Notes: a model not told the origin generated them from the letters alone. Shown: positions 45,419 through 55,786, counted from the first letter of the stretch. The stretch: DNA of 64,000 nucleotides from Planctomycetota bacterium (GCA_050248855.1 JBFWRP010000006.1:64001-128000); one strand, 5' to 3'. A program made the numbers and translations.

Positions 45419-46609
45419 ATGCGCCGACGCGACCGCCTCCTGACGCTCCCCACGGGACTTCTGGACTGGCTGCTGCCGCCGCGCTGCCTGCTGTGCGCGG
45501 CGCCCTCGGACGGTGACCCGGCGCGCGACCTGTGCGCGACGTGCGCAGAAGGCCTGGGCCCACCCGAGCCACGCTGCACGCGCTGCGGTCGTGTTCGTGC
45601 CCCCGGACGCGCGGGGCCGGGATGTCCCCGCTGTCTCGGGCCGCGCTCCGTGGCCGACGCTTTCGGGCGCGAGCGGCCGTGTCGACGGCAGGCCATCGAC
45701 GGCGTGCTGGTGGCTTGGCGCTACCAGGGCGCCGCGGGGGCGCTGGTGCGGGCCCTCAAGTTCTCGCGGTTCACGGCGGCGTCCCGCCCCCTGGCCCGAG
45801 GTCTGGTCGCCGCCTGCCGCGCGCAGGGGATTCCCGGCGACTTCGTGGTGCCCGTGCCCCTCGCGGCCGGACGACGCCTGCGGCGCGGCTTCGATCAGGC
45901 CGAGGTGCTCGCGCGGCGCGTGGCCCGCGAGCTGGACCTCCCGATCGATCCGCGCGCGCTGCTGCGGGTGCGGGCGACGACGCCGCAGTCGCGGCGCCGC
46001 GGCAGCGCCCGGCTCCGCGGGCTCGCCGGCTGCTTCCAGGCGCCGCGCGATCGCGTGGCCGGACGCTGCGTGTTGCTCGTGGACGACGTGCTGACGACGG
46101 GAGCCACGGCGCACGCGGCGGCGCAGGCGCTCCGACGGGCCGGGGCGGCGGCCGTGCACCTCCTCGTGGCCTGCCGCTCCGAGGGCGGTCGCGCTCGCGC
46201 CAAGCGCGGCCCTCGCCGGGCGTTGCGGGCACCCTCCAGCCGTGCGGGCGCCTTGGCGCGTGCGCCGGAGGACGTCATGGACAACCCCGCTCCCGTCGTG
46301 CAGGTGATCGGGACCTTCGTCGACGACGTCGTGGCCGGCGAGGTCGCGGCCGCGTTGGGGGCCTGGTTGCGCTGGATCCTGGATGGCTCGCACGGGGACC
46401 CGCCGCCGGTCTTCGACGACTACGGCGTGCCCACGTCGGAGTACGCGTGGCGCCTGGACGACGACGTCGACTGGGAGATGGGCCCGCACGCGCGCGCCCT
46501 GGGCGACGAGGTACGCATCGATCTCGAGACCCACGAGACGCACCTGGCGCTCTTGGGGCTGCTGCGGCGGTTGGGCGCGCGAACGACGCGTGCGGTGCGC
46601 GGGGAGTAG
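45419..46609 (+). CDS. comF: ComF-family protein running in frame into an acidic unknown domain (46277-46609)
   Basis: LLPPRC..C, C..C zinc ribbons, VPVP.....R.RGF.QA, VLLVDDV.TTGAT; internal GGAGG RBS + ATG 46277. Confidence 0.8.
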   Translation: MRRRDRLLTLPTGLLDWLLPPRCLLCAAPSDGDPARDLCATCAEGLGPPEPRCTRCGRVRAPGRAGPGCPRCLGPRSVADAFGRERPCRRQAIDGVLVAWRYQGAAGALVRALKFSRFTAASRPLARGLVAACRAQGIPGDFVVPVPLAAGRRLRRGFDQAEVLARRVARELDLPIDPRALLRVRATTPQSRRRGSARLRGLAGCFQAPRDRVAGRCVLLVDDVLTTGATAHAAAQALRRAGAAAVHLLVACRSEGGRARAKRGPRRALRAPSSRAGALARAPEDVMDNPAPVVQVIGTFVDDVVAGEVAAALGAWLRWILDGSHGDPPPVFDDYGVPTSEYAWRLDDDVDWEMGPHARALGDEVRIDLETHETHLALLGLLRRLGARTTRAVRGE

Positions 46610-46623
46610 CTGCGTACCGCGTC

Positions 46624-47364
46624 TCACCCGCTTCCGTGCACGGCCGCGAGTCGGCGCTTCGTCGTCGCGATCGCTTCGGCGGAGCGATCTCCCGCGATCC
46701 ACGAACGACCCAGACGCTCGGCCGCTTCGCACGTCGTTCCGCTCCCGCAGTAGGGGTCGAGCACGACGCCGCCGGGCGGACACGACGACGCCACGATGCG
46801 TTCGAGCAACGCCAGGGGCTTCTGCGTGGGATACCCCGTACGCTCGCGGGCCATGTTGTTGATGGCCGGGATGTCCCACACATCCGGGGCCTTCTTGTCC
46901 TGGCCGGCGAGGCGACGCGAGCGCGCGGGGACCCGAGGTGCCTCGAACCAGTGCTGCGACGGGTCGCGCACGTACCAGAGGATCGTGTCGTGCTTGCGCG
47001 GCCACCAGCGCTTGCCGCTGCCGCCAAGGCCGTAGGACCAGATGATTTCGTTGAGGAACGATGCGGCCCCGAACACGTCGTCCAGCGCCACCTTCACGTG
47101 ATGCACGGTGCGCCAGTCCAGATGCACGTAGAGCGAGCCGCTGGGGGTCAAGCGCGTGACCAGCGGGGCGAGACGCTCGACCAGGGCGCCGACGAACGAC
47201 GCCAAGCCGTCGGGCCAGCGGTCGTCGAAGGCGCCGTGGTCGCGGCCCGTGAAGAACGGTGGGTCGACGTAGGCGAGGTCCACGCTGTCCGGAGGCAGCG
47301 ACGTGACGAGGTCGAGCGCCTCGGCGTGCTCCAGCCGGCAGAAGCGTCCGTCGCCGTCGATCAC
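46624..47364 (-). CDS. Orphan beta-class N4/N6 DNA methyltransferase
   Basis: SVDL.Y.DPPF (motif IV), GSLYVH.D, F.NEIIW.Y, KHD.IL.Y, YPTQKP..LL.RI, VLDP.CGSGTT (motif I); GTGA overlap with the upstream gene. Confidence 0.9.
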   Translation of the reverse strand: MIDGDGRFCRLEHAEALDLVTSLPPDSVDLAYVDPPFFTGRDHGAFDDRWPDGLASFVGALVERLAPLVTRLTPSGSLYVHLDWRTVHHVKVALDDVFGAASFLNEIIWSYGLGGSGKRWWPRKHDTILWYVRDPSQHWFEAPRVPARSRRLAGQDKKAPDVWDIPAINNMARERTGYPTQKPLALLERIVASSCPPGGVVLDPYCGSGTTCEAAERLGRSWIAGDRSAEAIATTKRRLAAVHGSG

Positions 47365-50222
47365 TTGCCGAGCAAGTCCTTCAAGCGGTCGACGGCCTCC
47401 TTGCCGAGGCTCCCGCCGACCAGCGAGGCGACGTCGATGCGCGGGAGGACCTGGGGCTGGCCGAGCGTGCCGCGAACCTGCAGCGGCAGCGAGCCTTCCT
47501 TGGCCACGCGGGCCAGGAGCTTGCCTTCGAGGACGAGGTCGACGTCCATCGCCAGGCGCTCGTCGAACCCGACCTGGCCTCGTCCGTGGATCTTCGCGTG
47601 GCGGCCCATGAGATCGAGCTGCTGCACCTCGACGCGCCGCGCGCCGATGGCCAGCCGCGAGTCGACCGACGTGAACAGGAGCGCGCGCGCCACGCCTTGC
47701 AGGGCCTTGCCTGCGTCGGGCACGGCCACCGCGATGGCCTGCAGGGCGCTGCCCATCTTCTCCCCGCGGAACAGCGTGCTGTTGCGGATCTCGCCTTCGA
47801 CAAGCCGCACGCTCGCGGTTCCCCGCAGCGTGTCGTCGCGCTTCGGGGCGTCGAGCGCGTCCGCCTCGAGCCGTACCTGGGCGTCCAGGCGTCCGCTCAA
47901 GGCGGGCGTCGCCGCGTCGGCGGGCAGCAGGGCCGGCACCGCGTACGCCAAGTAGCGACCCGCGCCCCGGTTGGTGACCAGCGGCGACGTGTCGACGCCC
48001 GCGAGGTCGGCTTCGAAGGTCCAGGGCTTGTCCTCGCGACCGAGGTCCACGCCCACACGGGCGGCCAACGTCCCGCCGTTGGCGCGGGCCTGCACCTCGG
48101 TGGCCAGGGGGTCGCTCGGTCGCTCGCGGGTCGCGCGTACCTGCACCTGCTCGAGCGTGAGGCCCTGCGTGCGCCACGTCCCCAGGCGTACGTTGCCGTC
48201 GACGAGGATCAGGCGACCGCCGTCGCCGGGCACGCCCCGTACGGCGATGCGGCCATCGACGGGGCCATTGGCAACGAGATCCTCGTAGCCGGCGCCAAGC
48301 AGGCGCTTCACGAGACCCGCCAAGCGGCCGGCGTCGCCGCCCAGGGACAGCGTGGCATCGATCTCGGACTCGGGCTCGCTGCGCCAGGTGGCGCCGCTGG
48401 CCTCCAGCTCGAGACCCGATGACCGGAGCGTCAGCTGGTGGGCCCGCCCGGGTGCCTCGGCGCTCGGAAGCGAGACGTCGAACGCGAACGTGGGCGCGCT
48501 CTCGACCCAGCCCGGGTCCGATGGGCTCGTCCGCCAGCGCACGTCACGACCGACGACCTGTCCCCGCAGCCGACCCGTGCGCCGATCGGCGTCGACGGCG
48601 ACTTCGAGCTTCGCTTGGCCTCCGATGTCGTCGGTGGGGGGGAGCGCACCCAACGCGCGCAGCCACGTGCTGGCCGCCCCGAGGTCCACGTCGGCCTCCA
48701 GCGTGCCCGTCGCGCGGGTGTGGTCCGGCGTGCGCACGATGACCACGGGGTCGTCCCGCATGCCCGCCGACGTCCGGAGTGACGAGCACGTGATCTGGAC
48801 GATCTCGACGCGGTCCTCGTCCTCGGCGCGGCGCCAGCGCAGCTGGGCCTCCAAGCGCGGCTCGCGGGCGCCGGGCCGCCCCTCGGGTCCCGGCGCGAGC
48901 GTCACTTGGTCCAACGCAGCCCCGATGCGCAGCGCCGTGCTGCCGTCGGGGCCCGACTCGGCCACCGCCTCGACGAGCAGCGCGCCGCCCCGTAGGCGGT
49001 CCAATCCCTCGAAGGCGCCAAGCAGCGGGGCCAAGCGTGCGAGGTCGGCCCTGGCGCGCAGGCGTCCCTGGCTCCACGACTCGCCCTCGGCGGGCAGCAC
49101 GAACGGCTCGGCCAGCTTGGCTTCGGCGCTGGCTCCCGCTTCGAGCGAGGCGACCTCGACGCGCGTCGCCCCGTCCTTCGTCCGCACCCAGCGGGCGACG
49201 GCCTTGACCTCCGGCTCGGAGAACGTGAGCGGCGGGCCGTCCTCGCGCGGGCGCGTCACGCGCAGCTCGCCGAAGGTGGCCTGCAAGGAACCCTGGTCCT
49301 TCTCGGGGACGTCCACGACCAGGTCGATCAGGCCCGCGCGGAAGGAGCCACCTGCGTGATCATCGAGGAACAGGTCGACGGCCTTCGCCCCGCCGGAAGC
49401 CTTCGTGATGGCGCCGCCGTCGATCGTCGCCTGCAGGTCGACCTCGACGCGACCGCCGCTCACCTCCACCCCGGCGACGCGTTCGAGCAAGGCGCGTAGC
49501 GCGATCACGTCGATCGGGCCGGACGTGGACACGCGCGCCACCTGCGGCCCCTTGTCGTCCGCCGTCGGCAGCGTGGCCAGGAGGGTCACGTCGTCACCGC
49601 CGGGACCGCCGCGCGGCACGACGACGCTGGCCTCGCCAGCGACCTGGCCGTTTCTCATGGCGACGTCCAGGCGAATGGGCGTGAACAGCGTGACGCGGGA
49701 CGGATCGGGCACGCGCACGGTGGCGTCCTCCACGATCAGCCGCACGTCCGGCCCCGGGCCCGCGCGGCGCGTGGCCGTGCGCGGCTCCTTCTCCGTCGCC
49801 GGCAGGAACCCCTCGAGGTTGGTCTTGCCCGCTTCGTCGACGAGGATCACGAGCTCGGGCTTGGTGAGGCGTGCGGTGACGTCGGGGCGTCCGCCCAACA
49901 GCCGCATCCAGGCGAGCTCCGCGTGCGCTTCCGGCACCGTGAGCAGCGGCCCTTCGAAGCCCGGCCCGCTCTCGACGACGAAGTCGCGGATCGTGAAGCC
50001 TTGCGCGTACCAGCCCTCGATCGCGCCGATCCGCACCGGCTTGCCCAGACGCGTGGCCAGCGCGTCGGCGATCGCGTCGCGCACGAAGCCCAGGCGCAGC
50101 GCGAAGGGAAGCACCGCGACCAGCACGAGCAGGAACAGGAACAGCTTGAGCAGCCGTCGACGCCAGCGGCCACGCCGTTTCGGCGGGGTCGTGGACGTGG
50201 CCGCTTGCGCGTTGCCGCTCAT
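47361..50222 (-). CDS. AsmA-family-like large periplasmic beta-rich protein
   Basis: N-terminal TM after a basic stretch, extended beta-rich repeats, AsmA-like C-terminus (G.G.V.FD..L, PL.V.GTL..P). Confidence 0.7.
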   Translation of the reverse strand: MSGNAQAATSTTPPKRRGRWRRRLLKLFLFLLVLVAVLPFALRLGFVRDAIADALATRLGKPVRIGAIEGWYAQGFTIRDFVVESGPGFEGPLLTVPEAHAELAWMRLLGGRPDVTARLTKPELVILVDEAGKTNLEGFLPATEKEPRTATRRAGPGPDVRLIVEDATVRVPDPSRVTLFTPIRLDVAMRNGQVAGEASVVVPRGGPGGDDVTLLATLPTADDKGPQVARVSTSGPIDVIALRALLERVAGVEVSGGRVEVDLQATIDGGAITKASGGAKAVDLFLDDHAGGSFRAGLIDLVVDVPEKDQGSLQATFGELRVTRPREDGPPLTFSEPEVKAVARWVRTKDGATRVEVASLEAGASAEAKLAEPFVLPAEGESWSQGRLRARADLARLAPLLGAFEGLDRLRGGALLVEAVAESGPDGSTALRIGAALDQVTLAPGPEGRPGAREPRLEAQLRWRRAEDEDRVEIVQITCSSLRTSAGMRDDPVVIVRTPDHTRATGTLEADVDLGAASTWLRALGALPPTDDIGGQAKLEVAVDADRRTGRLRGQVVGRDVRWRTSPSDPGWVESAPTFAFDVSLPSAEAPGRAHQLTLRSSGLELEASGATWRSEPESEIDATLSLGGDAGRLAGLVKRLLGAGYEDLVANGPVDGRIAVRGVPGDGGRLILVDGNVRLGTWRTQGLTLEQVQVRATRERPSDPLATEVQARANGGTLAARVGVDLGREDKPWTFEADLAGVDTSPLVTNRGAGRYLAYAVPALLPADAATPALSGRLDAQVRLEADALDAPKRDDTLRGTASVRLVEGEIRNSTLFRGEKMGSALQAIAVAVPDAGKALQGVARALLFTSVDSRLAIGARRVEVQQLDLMGRHAKIHGRGQVGFDERLAMDVDLVLEGKLLARVAKEGSLPLQVRGTLGQPQVLPRIDVASLVGGSLGKEAVDRLKDLLGK

Positions 50223-51190
50223 GTCGTCGTCCCTTCGTCAGGCCGCTCGGCGGGCACGGAGCGTTCCTCGATCCTGCGCTCGATCCAGCGCAGCCCGAAC
50301 ACGCACAGCGCGCCGACCACGGCGGCTGCCAGCACGCCAGGTACGCCGTCACCCGGCGGGAGGTTGTGCAACGCCTCCCTCTTGATGTCGTACCCGCTCT
50401 TCCAGGGCCACAGCGCCCGCAGGCTGCCTGCCATCAGGCCCGTGAGCGCCGCCATCGTCGCGTCGTGCCGTACGGCCAGGAGCTTGCGCAGGAGCGGCAC
50501 GAACAGGGCGAGGCCGAGGAGCACTCCGGACGCGAACGCCAGGAGCGGCACGACGTGGACGTCGTGGAGGGCGCCCGTGACCGTCGTGTAGAGCCCGAGG
50601 ATCACCAGCATGAGCGAGCCGCTGATGCCCGGGAGCAGCATGACGCAGATGGCCAGAGCCCCGCCCGGGACCAGCATCCACGTGGAGGGCGCCCCGCCAG
50701 CGGCGTGGGGCAGCCCCACGAAGGCGTAGGCGCCCGCGGCGCCCAGCACAGCCAGCATCCACGCGCTCACGCGGCGGTCGCGGATGCGACGCCAGGGTTC
50801 CCCCAGGCTGGCCAGCACGAGCCCGAAGAAGAACGCGAAGCAGTAGGGCGCGGTCTCGGCACGCAACAGGAGCCCGGGCTCCTCCTTGGGGCCCACGAGC
50901 AGCCGCGTCACGAGCCAGAGGGCGCCCAGGAGGCCCGCGCCGAGCGGTGCGAGGAAGGCGAGCGCGGGAACGGCCTCCGCACGGCGCCACGTCCACGGCG
51001 GTCGGACGAGCGCAGCGATCGAGCCGATCAGGCGGTCGTAGATCCCGAGGATGAGCGCGATCGTCCCGCCGGAAACACCGGGGACCGCGTCGGCCGCGCC
51101 CATGCAGAAGCCGCTCAGCCCCGCGAGGAGGGGAGGCAGGGGCGGCATGGGCGGCGCAGGGGGCAGCGGGGGCGGCTCGTTCGCGGACAC
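50219..51190 (-). CDS. DUF368 membrane protein
   Basis: GF.MGAAD.VPGVSGGTIALILGIY.RLI, FFFGL, AIC.M.LPGISGS..L.ILG.Y, GLM.GSL..LWPW. Confidence 0.9.
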   Translation of the reverse strand: MSANEPPPLPPAPPMPPLPPLLAGLSGFCMGAADAVPGVSGGTIALILGIYDRLIGSIAALVRPPWTWRRAEAVPALAFLAPLGAGLLGALWLVTRLLVGPKEEPGLLLRAETAPYCFAFFFGLVLASLGEPWRRIRDRRVSAWMLAVLGAAGAYAFVGLPHAAGGAPSTWMLVPGGALAICVMLLPGISGSLMLVILGLYTTVTGALHDVHVVPLLAFASGVLLGLALFVPLLRKLLAVRHDATMAALTGLMAGSLRALWPWKSGYDIKREALHNLPPGDGVPGVLAAAVVGALCVFGLRWIERRIEERSVPAERPDEGTTT

Positions 51191-51295
51191 CCCGCTCGTC
51201 TACCACGCGGCCGTCCAGGCACCGCGGGCGGGCGGATGCGGCGCCGACGACACGGGGTTCTCGGACCGGAACGTGGCAAGCCGTAGACTCCGGGC

Positions 51296-51622
51296 GTGGA
51301 GAACCGCCGCCGCGCCGAACGTCATCCCTGCGACCAGGCGGGCCGCCTGCACTTGAGCGGGGGGCGCCAGGTCGACGTGCGGGTCAAGAACATCGGGATC
51401 CTCGGCGCCCTCTGCGAGATCGAGGACCTCGAAGAGCCCGTGCTGGAGGGCGAGCGGGCATCGCTCGAACACCCGGAGCTCGCGGGCGAGGCTCCGGGCC
51501 CCGACGACGGCCCTCGCACCCACACCGCCGGCGTCGTCGTCCGCGTCGAGCTCGAGCTGGCCCCCGAGGGCATCCTCCGCCACGTGGCGGTCTGGTTCGA
51601 CGGCGGCGGATCACCCGCCTGA
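51296..51622 (+). CDS. Stand-alone PilZ-domain-like protein
   Basis: NRRRAER (RxxxR) followed by V.V.NI...GA and G.VVR...VAV.F; the second motif is degenerate. Confidence 0.6.
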   Translation: MENRRRAERHPCDQAGRLHLSGGRQVDVRVKNIGILGALCEIEDLEEPVLEGERASLEHPELAGEAPGPDDGPRTHTAGVVVRVELELAPEGILRHVAVWFDGGGSPA

Positions 51623-53434
51623 CGGACCTTGCGTGCCGGCCGCGGGCCGCGCGTCGACCAGGCGAAGCTCGGCGCTGACGGTGCCGCGGAACACGTTGAT
51701 CACGGGCGTGACCGCGAGATCCAGCGGCTGGCCGGAGGCGACGAGATCGAAGAGGTCGTGGCGACGCCAGCCGACCACGCGCAAGCCCCGCTCGCTACCA
51801 CGCACGAGGAACGAGAGGTGGTGGGCCGGCTGGCCGAGGAGGCGCGGCGCCCCGGCCACCTGCGCACTTCGCAGCAGGAACACCGGCTCCGGGTTGCCCT
51901 GACCGAACGGCTCGAGCCGCTTGAGGGCGTTGACCGCGTCGATCGTCCACTCGTCGGCGGAACACTCGCCGTCAAGCAGCAGCGGCGCCATGTCGGCGCC
52001 CGCCTCGTGCTGCGCGCGCACGGCCGCGCCGAAGCGGGTGCGCAGCTCGTCCACGCGCTCGGCGAGCACTTCGAAGCCCGCCGCCATCGCGTGTCCCCCG
52101 AAGCGCTCCAGACCTGCGGCGCAGGCGCAAAGCGCCGCGTGCAGGTCGATGCCGAGCGGCGTGCGCCCCGATCCGCGCCCGCGTTCGCCGTCGAGTGCAA
52201 CGACCAGCGACGGCCGCTGGAAGCGGTCCACGAGACGCGCGGCCACGATGCCCACCACGCCGGCGTGCCAGCCCTGGCCCGCGACCACGAGGCCCGGCGG
52301 GTCGTCGTCGGCCACGGCGGCTTCGGCCTGCGCGAGCGCGTCGTCCAGGACGCGGGCCTCGATCTCGCGGCGCTCGCGGTTGGCCGCGTCCAGCGCGTGG
52401 GCCAGGCGCCGCGCCTCGGCCGGGTCGTCGCACGTGAGCAGCTCCACGACCAGCTCCGGGCGCGAGAGGCGTCCCGCGGCGTTGAGGCGCGGCGCGATGC
52501 GGAAGGCCACGTCCTCGGTCGTGATGGGGGCCCCGCCCACTTCGGCGACATCGCGCAAGGCGGCGAGCCCGGCGTGCTCCGACGCGCGTAGCGAGGCGAG
52601 CCCCGCGGCCACGAGGACGCGGTTCTCCTCGCGCAGCGGCATCTGGTCCGCCAGCGTGGCCAGGGCCACGAGGGCCATCGCGTCGCGCAAGAAGACCTTG
52701 AAGCGCTGCGACCCGTCGGCGCCCAGGCGCGCGCGGCAGCGGTCGGCCACGGCCCACGCCAGCTTGAAGGCCAGGGCACAGCCGCAGAGATGGCGATGGT
52801 CTTCCTCGCCTTCGCGCGCCAGGTGCGGCACGACGAGCGCATGCGCTGGCGGCAGGGTGGGGCCGGGCAAGTGGTGGTCCGTGACGATCACGTCCAGGCC
52901 GGCCTCCGCCGCGCGCTCGAGCGCCGCGTGGGCGCCTACCCCGTTGTCCACGGTGATCACGACGCGGGCGCCGATGGCGACGAGGCGGTCGATCATGGCC
53001 GCCGACAAGCCGTACCCGTCTTCGGTCCGGTCGGGAATGGCCCAGTGCGCATCGGCGCCCAGCAGGCGGAAGAAGCGGACGAGCAGCGACGTGCCCGTCA
53101 TGCCATCGACGTCGTAGTCGCCGCAGACCGCGATGCGCTCGTTGGTGTTGACGGCGTGCGCGACGCGCCGCGCGGCACGATCGATGTCCGGCAGGCCGCG
53201 CGGGGGTCGCAGGTGCTCGAGCCGCGGGTCCAGGAAGCGCCGCGCCGCGGCCTCCTCGGCGAACCCGCGCTGGTGCAGGAGCCGGGCCACCGACGTGGGG
53301 AGGCCCAGACGTCGTGCCCAGGCGGAGGCCTCGTCGTCGGCCAGTCGCTTGCCCGCATCGGGCAGCCGCCACGTGCGGACGCCCGCGCGCCCCGGCGGGG
53401 TGGAGGCCGACGTCGAAGCGGTGCCGGGGATCAC
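51611..53434 (-). CDS. recJ: ssDNA-specific exonuclease RecJ
   Basis: GDYDVDG, P.R..DGYGL, ITVDNG, TDHH, AL.T.AD..PL..ENR, APRLNAAGR, WH.GV.GIVA.R, GGH.MAAG, LEPFG.GNP.P. Confidence 0.95.
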   Translation of the reverse strand: MIPGTASTSASTPPGRAGVRTWRLPDAGKRLADDEASAWARRLGLPTSVARLLHQRGFAEEAAARRFLDPRLEHLRPPRGLPDIDRAARRVAHAVNTNERIAVCGDYDVDGMTGTSLLVRFFRLLGADAHWAIPDRTEDGYGLSAAMIDRLVAIGARVVITVDNGVGAHAALERAAEAGLDVIVTDHHLPGPTLPPAHALVVPHLAREGEEDHRHLCGCALAFKLAWAVADRCRARLGADGSQRFKVFLRDAMALVALATLADQMPLREENRVLVAAGLASLRASEHAGLAALRDVAEVGGAPITTEDVAFRIAPRLNAAGRLSRPELVVELLTCDDPAEARRLAHALDAANRERREIEARVLDDALAQAEAAVADDDPPGLVVAGQGWHAGVVGIVAARLVDRFQRPSLVVALDGERGRGSGRTPLGIDLHAALCACAAGLERFGGHAMAAGFEVLAERVDELRTRFGAAVRAQHEAGADMAPLLLDGECSADEWTIDAVNALKRLEPFGQGNPEPVFLLRSAQVAGAPRLLGQPAHHLSFLVRGSERGLRVVGWRRHDLFDLVASGQPLDLAVTPVINVFRGTVSAELRLVDARPAAGTQGPSGG

Positions 53435-53600
53435 GGTCGCCTCGTCCTCCCTCGTTCCCCGTCGTTCTTGCCCGTCGCGCGCTCTCTCGCGATCGCGGCA
53501 GCCCCCGAGCAGCGGGCGACGGGTACCATCCCGGCCCGCCTGCGGCCGCAAGGAGCGTAGCCGCCGCGTCCGACGTCGAACCCTCCGGAGGACAGAGCCC

Positions 53601-55532
53601 ATGGCCGCCGCCCGCGAGGTCCGCCACGTCATCCTGGGGACGGCCGGTCACATCGACCACGGCAAGACGACCTTGGTCGAGCGCCTCACGGGAACCTGGG
53701 GCGACCGTCTGCCCGAAGAGCGCGCCCGGGGGATGACGATCGACCTCGGCTACGCGGCCTTCCCCCTCGCCGACGGGACCGAGGTCGGCCTCCTCGACGT
53801 GCCCGGCCACGAGAGCTTCGTGCACACCATGGTGGCGGGCGCCAGCGTCATGGACCTGGCCCTGCTCGTCGTCGCGGCCGACGACGGGCCGATGCTCCAG
53901 ACCCACGAGCACGTCCAGATCCTGGACGTGCTGGGCGTCACGCGCCTGGTCGTGGCCCTGACCAAGATCGACCTCGTCGACGCCGACACGGCGGACCTGG
54001 CGGAGGCCGAAGTGCGCGAGCTCGTGGACGCCACGGGCATGCGCGGCGCGCCCATCGTGCGCGTCTCGAGCGCCACCGGCGTCGGGATCGACGACCTCAA
54101 GCGCGTGTTGCTCGACACCTTGCCGCGCGTCGCCGAGCGCAAGGACGACGGCCGTGTGTTCCGCATGCCCGTGCTGCGTGGGTTCCTCGTCCCCGGGCGT
54201 GGCGCGGTCGTCACCGGCGTGCCGATCAGCGGGCGCGTCGGCGAAGGCGACCGCGTCGAGATCCTGCCGCCACGCTGGTCAGGACGCGTGCGCGGCATCC
54301 AGGTCCATGGCGCCGATGCCCACGAGGCCACCGTGGGCCATCGCGCCGCCTTGGCGCTGAGCGACATCGATGTCGGTGAGATCAAGCGCGGCATGGTCGT
54401 GGTGGGGGCCGGTGTGCTCGAACCGGCCCGCCGGCTCGTCGCGGAGGCCCGCGTGTTGGCCGATGCGAAGAACCCCCTGGAGCACGGCCATCGCGTGCGG
54501 CTGCATGTCGGTGCCTCTCGCGTCGTGGCCCAGGTGCACTTGCCGGCGCGCAAGGCGATCGCGCCGGGTGCCACGGGCTTGGTCGAGCTCGTCCCCGTGA
54601 CGCCGGTCGTCGCCTTGCCCGGGGATCGCTTCGTGCTGCGTACCGAGAACGCCTCGTCGACGATCGGCGGGGGCATCGTCATCGACGTGCCCGACCGACC
54701 GCTGCCCAAGCGGAGGGAAGGGCTGCTGGAGCGGATCGCGGCCCGCGTCCCGCGGCTGGGGCGGCCCGAGAGCCTCGTGCACGACGTGCTGGAGGCGGCG
54801 GGCGAGGGTGGGCTCGACGTGGCCGGCATTGCCGCGCGCACGGGCCTGCGCCCCGAGAGCCTGCCCGGTCTCCTGGCTTCGCTCCGCGCCAAGGAGAAGG
54901 CCCACGCGATCGGCCGCGGCGACCGCTGGTGCGAGACGCAGGCGTTCGAGCGAGTGCTCGCGCGGGTCGAAGAGAGCGTGAAGCGGCTCCACGAGAAGGA
55001 TCCCGGCGTGGCGGCGTGGCCCCTGGCGACCGTGCGTGCCGCCCACGCCCGCCTCGAGCCGGCCGTGCTGGAAGCGGCCCTCGCGGCGCTCGTGGAGCGG
55101 GATCGCCTCGACCGCACCGCCGACGGCGGCATCCGTCACGCCGACCACAGCGACGAGCTGCCCGCGCGGGACCGGGCCCTTTGCGAGGGCGTGCAAGCCC
55201 TGCTCGCCCGCGGGGCGGGTCAGCCGCCCGACGAGGACGAGCTCTCGGCGGGAACCGGGGCCTCGCTGCCGGACGTGAAGCGGGCGCTCCGTCTGCTCGC
55301 CTCGCGGGGTCGCGTGTTCCGCAGCGCCGAGCATTGGTTCGACGGCGCCTGGGTGGAGGACGCCAAGCGCCGGCTTGCCGCGTACGCGGCCCAGCACGGC
55401 GGTTTCACGCCGTCGGATGCCCGCTCCCTGCTGGATACCACCCGCAAGTGGATCATCCCGTTCCTGGAGGCGCTCGACAAGGCGGGCTTCTCCAAGCGGC
55501 AGGGCGAGAAGCGCATCGTCAAGGCCTCCTGA
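53601..55532 (+). CDS. selB: Selenocysteine-specific elongation factor
   Basis: GTAGHIDHGKT.LV..LTG...DRL.EE..RG.TIDLG, DVPGHE.F, AADDG.M.QT.EH, TIGGG, C-terminal winged helix TRK..IP.LE.LD. Confidence 0.95.
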   Translation: MAAAREVRHVILGTAGHIDHGKTTLVERLTGTWGDRLPEERARGMTIDLGYAAFPLADGTEVGLLDVPGHESFVHTMVAGASVMDLALLVVAADDGPMLQTHEHVQILDVLGVTRLVVALTKIDLVDADTADLAEAEVRELVDATGMRGAPIVRVSSATGVGIDDLKRVLLDTLPRVAERKDDGRVFRMPVLRGFLVPGRGAVVTGVPISGRVGEGDRVEILPPRWSGRVRGIQVHGADAHEATVGHRAALALSDIDVGEIKRGMVVVGAGVLEPARRLVAEARVLADAKNPLEHGHRVRLHVGASRVVAQVHLPARKAIAPGATGLVELVPVTPVVALPGDRFVLRTENASSTIGGGIVIDVPDRPLPKRREGLLERIAARVPRLGRPESLVHDVLEAAGEGGLDVAGIAARTGLRPESLPGLLASLRAKEKAHAIGRGDRWCETQAFERVLARVEESVKRLHEKDPGVAAWPLATVRAAHARLEPAVLEAALAALVERDRLDRTADGGIRHADHSDELPARDRALCEGVQALLARGAGQPPDEDELSAGTGASLPDVKRALRLLASRGRVFRSAEHWFDGAWVEDAKRRLAAYAAQHGGFTPSDARSLLDTTRKWIIPFLEALDKAGFSKRQGEKRIVKAS

Positions 55533-55543
55533 ACCACGCTGCC

Positions 55544-55786
55544 TCGGCTCCTTCGACAGGTGGAACGGGCCGTACCCGTTCACCTGGGCCGGGAACCCGC
55601 CGGCATAGGGGGCGTAGACGCCGCTTGGAGCGGAGCGCGACCGCCACGCATCGGCTCGCCAATGCCCCGTGAGGGGTGCAGGGGGGGTACGGAATAGCCC
55701 CCCTGCTGCGCAGGCGAAGCCGGAGCACCGAATCCGCGCGGTAGCGCGGAACGAGGTCCAGTCGCGTCGGCTGCACGAGGAGCCGA
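55544..55786. repeat. Structured intergenic element with terminal inverted repeat and several internal hairpins
   Basis: tcggctcct...aggagccga ends; internal hairpins caggtggaacggg/cccgttcacctg, gcagggggg/ccccctgc, ccgcgc/gcgcgg. Confidence 0.45.
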
